Below are positions 59,001-64,000 of a stretch of DNA of 64,000 bases, piece after piece. A program made the translations under genes and the position numbers. Position 1 is the first letter of the stretch; each line of letters begins with the position of its first letter. A model generated the notes under the pieces. It was given only the letters and a program-made list of their open reading frames with translations, was not told the origin of the DNA and did not search any database. This DNA is from Naegleria gruberi (lineage: Eukaryota). The DNA lies in the NCBI GenBank assembly GCA_000004985.1, contig GG738848.1. One strand, given 5' to 3'.

Positions 59001-59387
59001 GAAAAATTGGACGTCTTTAGTTTCAGTATTATAATGTATGAATTACTGTTTGAAGTTACGCCCTACCTGACTTTTTCATCAAGAAAGATTTATCGTTTTC
59101 GATCTGCTCCAAATATCAATCAAGATACTGCAGCCTTCTCAGTTCCATCAAAGGTTGCAAAAGGAATTCGTCCAGTAGTTCCCTTCTTAAATGATGAAGA
59201 GTTGGAATTGTGGGTTCAGGAACATATTTATCCCTCAGAACAATCCACACTGAATTCACTCCAAACCTGCATTACAATTATTTCCAGATATGTTTCATTG
59301 ATGCAAAAATGTTGGAGTCAAACACCTAGTGAAAGACCCTCATTCTCATACATTTTACATGAATTATCAAATCTTCAATCTCTTTAA
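56042..59387 (+). CDS. Receptor-like TKL-family protein kinase of about 1000 aa. It has a signal peptide, a large ectodomain with beta-helix-like repeats, a single TM helix and a cytoplasmic kinase domain. Five exons: 56042..58335, 58389..~58480, ~58526..58750, 58797..58922 and 58965..59387.
   Basis: Signal peptide [21 protein letters not shown]. Ectodomain repeats [28 protein letters not shown] helix [27 protein letters not shown]. The spliced kinase reads [13 protein letters not shown]|[43 protein letters not shown]|MF. GTATGT/GTAAGT donors and AG acceptors bound each intron (46-53 nt). Confidence 0.75.
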
Positions 59388-59508
59388 TTGTTTTGGATAA
59401 TTAATTTTATACTTTACAATAATTGGACACAACTGCGCATAAACAAACCAATAAATATCTATGGTTACCGAATGTTACGCATAACACCAAGGAAGCACAT
59501 ATTGACGG

Positions 59509-60888
59509 ATGCATTCTATTGAAATCATGTTTACAATAAAAAAAATGTCGCAACAACCAACAATGCCTTCCCTTTCCAAACGTTCAGAACACTTCTCTGT
59601 AAATCCAAGTTTTGTATTGGCAATGGGAAAGGTATTTTCCAATGTCTATCATCCTGAGAATAATCCGAATGGTATTATAAATTTAGCTGTTGCTGAAAAT
59701 GTTCTTGTTTCCGATTGGCTTTGCAAGACTTTTCATCAAGTTGCTGTTGATTCTCCTCTTTTACCTATTAATTTGAATTATACAAATTTCTGTGGAGAAA
59801 ATAATTTCCGAAAGTATTTGGTTGATAATTTGATGAACAAGCACATCTTTAAGAGATTGGGAAATTCTGAATTTGATAAGGAATTTGCTAACATTAATAA
59901 TTATTACTTGTGTAATGGTGCAGGAAACGTTATTGAAATGTTGGCTGCTACTATTTGTGATGCTGGTGAATATATCATGGTTCCAGCTCCTTTGTATTTG
60001 GGATTTGAGAATGATTTTAATAAGAGATTCTTTGCTAAAGTTCTCCCAGTTGATATGGAATTTGATTCATCATCAAATACATACAAATTAACAGTTGAAA
60101 AAGTTAGAGAAACATATGAGGAACATAGTAAGACAAAGAGTATTAGAGGATTTCTATTATGTAATCCAAACAATCCTACTGGTGATTTGTTTGGTTCTGC
60201 AATTGTTAGACAATTGATTGATTTTTGTAAGGAAAAGAATATTCACTACATTAGTGATGAATTGTATGCTTTATCTGTTTTTGATCCAAATACTAGTTTT
60301 GAAAGTGTTTCAAATGTAATGACTGAGGATGATAGAAATCATGTTCATGTTATTTATTCCTTTTCAAAGGATTTGTGTTTGAATGGTTTTAGAATGGGTG
60401 TGTTATTTACAATGAATACTGGTGTGAAAGCTGTATTTGATTCATGTTCTTACTTTATGGGAGTTTCATCTGGAACACAACACATGATGGCCAACTTTTT
60501 AAAGAATGAAGAATATGTGGAAAATTATCTCAATCTTAATAAGAGCAAGTTATTGGAACAATACACAATGATGTGTGATTATTTCAAACAACATGACATT
60601 ACCTATGTTGATGCTAAGGCTGGCCTATTTGTTTGGTTCAATCTTGAAAGACAAATGAAGAAGTACCTTACTAGAAAGCATCCAGAAATTGATGTGAGCT
60701 TGCCTCTCACAGAGCAAGAAGAATACGAAGTATGGTTGGATGCCATCGATATTGCAGCTGTTAATGTTTCTGCTGGCAGTTTCTTTAAGACTAAACAATT
60801 TGGTTGGTTGAGAATTTGTTTCACCTCTGCTCATTGGCCAACAATGAAAATTGGTTTAGATAGATTATTTAATTTATTAAATCATTAA
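59509..60888 (+). CDS. PLP-dependent aminotransferase class I/II, ACC-synthase-like.
   Basis: 459-aa ORF. The Lys-box SFSKDLCLNGFRMGV is present (SxSK..G.G.R.G, with the PLP-binding Lys in SK). LCNPNNPTG and the fold-type-I layout are present. The true start may be the second Met (MSQQP). Confidence 0.7.
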   Translation: MHSIEIMFTIKKMSQQPTMPSLSKRSEHFSVNPSFVLAMGKVFSNVYHPENNPNGIINLAVAENVLVSDWLCKTFHQVAVDSPLLPINLNYTNFCGENNFRKYLVDNLMNKHIFKRLGNSEFDKEFANINNYYLCNGAGNVIEMLAATICDAGEYIMVPAPLYLGFENDFNKRFFAKVLPVDMEFDSSSNTYKLTVEKVRETYEEHSKTKSIRGFLLCNPNNPTGDLFGSAIVRQLIDFCKEKNIHYISDELYALSVFDPNTSFESVSNVMTEDDRNHVHVIYSFSKDLCLNGFRMGVLFTMNTGVKAVFDSCSYFMGVSSGTQHMMANFLKNEEYVENYLNLNKSKLLEQYTMMCDYFKQHDITYVDAKAGLFVWFNLERQMKKYLTRKHPEIDVSLPLTEQEEYEVWLDAIDIAAVNVSAGSFFKTKQFGWLRICFTSAHWPTMKIGLDRLFNLLNH

Positions 60889-60898
60889 ACTATTGATC

Positions 60899-62512
60899 TC
60901 ATTTCACTTTCATATTTGGGTGAACACCTGTAACGAGTAGTGCTTTGGATTTGCCGTTGATGTTTGCTCTATTGATGGAAAAACTTGGAGCATTAATGTG
61001 TTTCACATTCTTGCAATCCCTAATTTCACCTCCTAATGAGTTGTTACATTTCACCGATTTCAAATCGTTACAGTTAGAAAGAGAAAAGAATTTACAACTC
61101 CTAGAATTCTTTGAAAGGTCAATGGTTGAAAGTTTGGAACAATTGTCGAGAGTAAGATTTGATATAATAGAGTTGTCCAGAATGTTTGCCATCTCATCGT
61201 CTTCAATTTTTGTATTTTTGATTGTTAATTTCAAATCTGAAGACCGTATTTCTACATATTTAAGCTTTTCCATATTTTCAATTACGAGTGAAATTGAAGA
61301 AATATCAACTGATAGTTTCCTCAGCGTTCTACAATCCTTAACTACCCAATTCGAAATAGATGAAGAGTTAGATGAATGAACTCTTATTTTTCTAATACTC
61401 TTAAAAATTGATAAATCCATTAAATAAGACAGCCACGTAGAGAATGTAGATTCTGAAAAATCCAAATGTGATTGAATGTCCAATTCCAATGATTGAAGTA
61501 AGCTCAACTTGGGTAATGTCAATGTACATAATGTCTCTTGCTTAATTGCTAACCCCAGCGTATCCAATACAGGACAATCAAGAATGTGAATTCCTTTCTC
61601 TTCCTCTCTTGAAAAATTATTTACAGTAAGCTTTTTCAAATTCGGCAAATTGGAGAATTTGAATTTGTCACAGTATGAATCCAGGTACTTTCCATTAAAA
61701 GAAAGAGTGTACGTAGATGTTTTAAGGGATATGGATTTGATATTTGGTGTTAAAAGGTAATGTTGAGAATGAGATGTCGTCTCACTATTATTGTAACATG
61801 GCGAAGGCAGTGTATGAAATTGAAAATGTTTCAATTTTGGAAAATGGTTTCCCAGCTGCATAACAAATGAATCGTCTCGTAAGTGTACAGTTATTGATAA
61901 ATATTTCAAATTTTCAAAATGATCCTTAAATCCTTCATATAATGAAATCTTCTTAAATTTGATTGATTTGAATGTCAAAATTAAATGTTTTAAATTTGGA
62001 ACCCAAGAGGGGTTGAGTAAAAATTGATGCATATTTGAAGATTCGATGTGCACAGAAGTTAATTGATTCACTTTTGTGAATAATTCATGGCAAACCTTTT
62101 CAGATACTTGCAAACAATTGGTAGAATACCATTCCCTAATTGCAAAATTACTCCTCTCAATAATTTCCAATAACTTTTCCTCCTTCAAAATTGAACGTTT
62201 AGAGAAGCAATCATTCTTTAATAAAATTGATCTGAGAGTTTGATTGTCACCACTTGGTTTTGCAAGTGAGGAATCCAAATATATTGTTTTAAATATCAAT
62301 CCCGAGAGTAATCCTCTCTCAATCACATTATAAAAACACTTGTTTATATATTTGAGACAAGCAAAAAATTCCGTGGTAGAGGAATATTGCAAAATAGTGG
62401 CAACAATCTCATCAATTGAGAATAGGCAATAATCCAACTTTTTAACCTTTCTTTGAGGATTCTCATTCATTGCTCGAGCCGAAGAAGAAATAGATGCTCG
62501 GCTTCGTTTCAT
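60899..62512 (-). CDS. F-box/leucine-rich-repeat protein of 537 aa.
   Basis: F-box-like LFSIDEIVATILQYSSTTEFFACLKYINKCFYNVI. LRR segments LKHLILTFKSIKF, LKYLSITVHL, LPNLKKLTVNNF, LQSLELDIQSHL. Confidence 0.5.
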   Translation of the reverse strand: MKRSRASISSSARAMNENPQRKVKKLDYCLFSIDEIVATILQYSSTTEFFACLKYINKCFYNVIERGLLSGLIFKTIYLDSSLAKPSGDNQTLRSILLKNDCFSKRSILKEEKLLEIIERSNFAIREWYSTNCLQVSEKVCHELFTKVNQLTSVHIESSNMHQFLLNPSWVPNLKHLILTFKSIKFKKISLYEGFKDHFENLKYLSITVHLRDDSFVMQLGNHFPKLKHFQFHTLPSPCYNNSETTSHSQHYLLTPNIKSISLKTSTYTLSFNGKYLDSYCDKFKFSNLPNLKKLTVNNFSREEEKGIHILDCPVLDTLGLAIKQETLCTLTLPKLSLLQSLELDIQSHLDFSESTFSTWLSYLMDLSIFKSIRKIRVHSSNSSSISNWVVKDCRTLRKLSVDISSISLVIENMEKLKYVEIRSSDLKLTIKNTKIEDDEMANILDNSIISNLTLDNCSKLSTIDLSKNSRSCKFFSLSNCNDLKSVKCNNSLGGEIRDCKNVKHINAPSFSINRANINGKSKALLVTGVHPNMKVK

Positions 62513-62576
62513 TTTTTTTGTTGAATTTATTTACAATTCATTTGGACAATCTTGCCTAGACATGTATCGAACAATG

Positions 62577-63401
62577 TTAATTCTTGGTGGTGCCTCCTCT
62601 GTATTCAGAGATTGGTTTAGTAAAAGTGGTATTTCTATTCCATGGATTTGTGCTGGAGACTGGAGCTGAATGGTAAATGTTAGTGTGGAGTAAAGAGTTG
62701 AGGGGATTTTGGTTTTTGGCTTGTTCTGTGTGGAATGTGATTGGAATGTCTGATTTGTAAGTTTCATTTGTTTTCATCATACTGTTTGAGAGAGGTGGAA
62801 CGTTTCGTTCGTGTTCAACATGGTAAGTTGTCTTGTAAGATTCCTCCAGAACGGCTCTCTTATGAGCTTCTGAGTACAATTGTTCTTGTTGATCCAATTC
62901 TTTTGCTGCTTGTTCCAATAATTGTCTTTCTTCCATTTTCTTTCTTCTACCAATTACATTTTCCTCTTTTGGAAGAGCTGGTGGATTATATTTACGAGAA
63001 TTCAAACTCTTCTTAAATTCCTCGTCATTTCCAGTAATCATCATTGTTGATTTTTCCTTTTCCTTAGGTGTTGTATTAATGTAATCAGCAAAGAATGTTG
63101 TTGTTTTGCCTGTCAAATCCGTTGCCACTGTTGCACTATTCTTTCCCCTTCGGAAGTGTTGTTGTTCATTGAGATGAGGTGGCCCTCTATTTTGTTTTGA
63201 TGGCAAATTAGTATCAATTGTTGCCTCTTCTTGCCAATTACCAACCAAAACTCCCTTTCCGTGATTGTGTCTATTGTACTGACTCTCCTCAACCCAATCT
63301 CCATCTATATGGCTCGTATCTAAATTCCTAAAGGCTCTCTGTCTTCTATCCACCGTTCTACCTGGATCAGGTAAATAAGGCTCGTTGATTGTTCTATTCA
63401 T
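62577..63401 (-). CDS. Hypothetical protein of 274 aa with no recognised domain.
   Basis: Single ORF with an A-rich start context. Basic, Asn/Thr-rich, with no TM helix. Confidence 0.3.
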   Translation of the reverse strand: MNRTINEPYLPDPGRTVDRRQRAFRNLDTSHIDGDWVEESQYNRHNHGKGVLVGNWQEEATIDTNLPSKQNRGPPHLNEQQHFRRGKNSATVATDLTGKTTTFFADYINTTPKEKEKSTMMITGNDEEFKKSLNSRKYNPPALPKEENVIGRRKKMEERQLLEQAAKELDQQEQLYSEAHKRAVLEESYKTTYHVEHERNVPPLSNSMMKTNETYKSDIPITFHTEQAKNQNPLNSLLHTNIYHSAPVSSTNPWNRNTTFTKPISEYRGGTTKN

Positions 63402-63532
63402 TTTTTTCTTATTTGAATTTAAGGAGAACTGTAAATATTAATAATAATTGTGAGAGCCAAAATGGGAAATTGATAGACTCTGATGTCAAAATATTGGCGC
63501 TTATTATCAAAATTAATTTCTTATTGAATTTT

Positions 63533-64000
63533 TTATTTTTTGCAAATTGACTCGTGTTTCTCTATTCTATCAGGATTGAATTTTCTTCCACAGACTCTAC
63601 ATGGCACTCGATGTGGTTCAGAAGATGAAGTTTGAGAGGATATTTTAGTTGTCACATTGTCAAGACTAGGATTTGGCATGTTCTTAATCTTTTCAGTAAG
63701 AATTTTGCTTGGTGATGGTTGGACCTCTTTCTTGGATCCTTTACAACTATTTTCGTGAATGGCCAATCGATCAAGAGCAAACTTTCTTCCACATTTTGAA
63801 CATTCTGCTCTTTCAAGTTCCTCATAAGCTTCTGAATTGTTTGAAGATTGTTTTCCAACAACAGCAGAAAATGGAACAACACCTCCTCTTGCTGCTGCAC
63901 CTGGTTGATTTTTGCCGAATGGAGGAGGGTTCTTATCTGCCTGTTTTTCACAAGATCTCAAATGGACAATTAAAGCTTCTGCATTGAATTTTCTGCCACA
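63533..64000 (-). CDS. Zinc-finger C2HC-type (zf-C2HC1) protein. Only the 3' part is in the window; the gene continues past the window end.
   Basis: Two C2HC fingers: CSKCGRKFALDRLAIHENSC and CRVCGRKFNPDRIEKHESIC. The reverse-strand reading continues open at position 64000. Confidence 0.55.
   Translation of the reverse strand, partial: CGRKFNAEALIVHLRSCEKQADKNPPPFGKNQPGAAARGGVVPFSAVVGKQSSNNSEAYEELERAECSKCGRKFALDRLAIHENSCKGSKKEVQPSPSKILTEKIKNMPNPSLDNVTTKISSQTSSSEPHRVPCRVCGRKFNPDRIEKHESICKK

Noticed and set aside
1-64000. A ciliate-type genetic code with TAA/TAG read as Gln, to explain the in-frame TAA at 52514 and the abutting ORFs.
   Set aside because: ORFs of up to 1946 aa are uninterrupted under the standard code across the window, and stops coincide with sensible protein ends. 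A general reassignment is untenable, so the anomalies are local.

Overview
This window is AT-rich (roughly 30-35% GC) eukaryotic nuclear DNA with about 30 protein-coding genes. No rRNA, tRNA, CRISPR array or transposon was recognisable.

Genes carry few, short GT..AG introns of about 40-85 nt. Two genes place an intron directly after the ATG. ATG context is A-rich and the standard genetic code applies; one ORF is 1946 aa long. Gene content points to an amoebozoan genome, dictyostelid-like. Supporting genes are TKL receptor kinases, hybrid histidine kinases, class-III cyclases, a PI3K, a large F-box/LRR family, an SHAQKYF Myb protein and a papain protease. I cannot confirm the organism without a search.

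Genes are called from the ORF track and manually reconstructed splice junctions. Exon boundaries are approximate to a few nt.

The most notable region is a same-strand signalling neighbourhood at 10.4-27.1 kb. It holds a roughly 1740-aa multi-pass membrane protein with a PAS domain and a fully catalytic class-III adenylyl-cyclase domain. It also holds a hybrid sensor histidine kinase with a receiver domain. Nearby is a receptor-like protein with a large ectodomain and a degenerate, probably inactive, cyclase-homology domain.

Other items:
- A 1946-aa Glu/Gln/Pro/His-rich repeat protein with internal DNA repeats and a C-terminal RI-type LRR cap.
- Three adjacent-ORF junction anomalies: an in-frame TAA 3 nt upstream of the PI3K ATG, a T6 homopolymer frameshift between two F-box ORFs, and a frame break in the pseudo-cyclase receptor gene.
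- Perfect palindromes and hairpins in two promoter regions.
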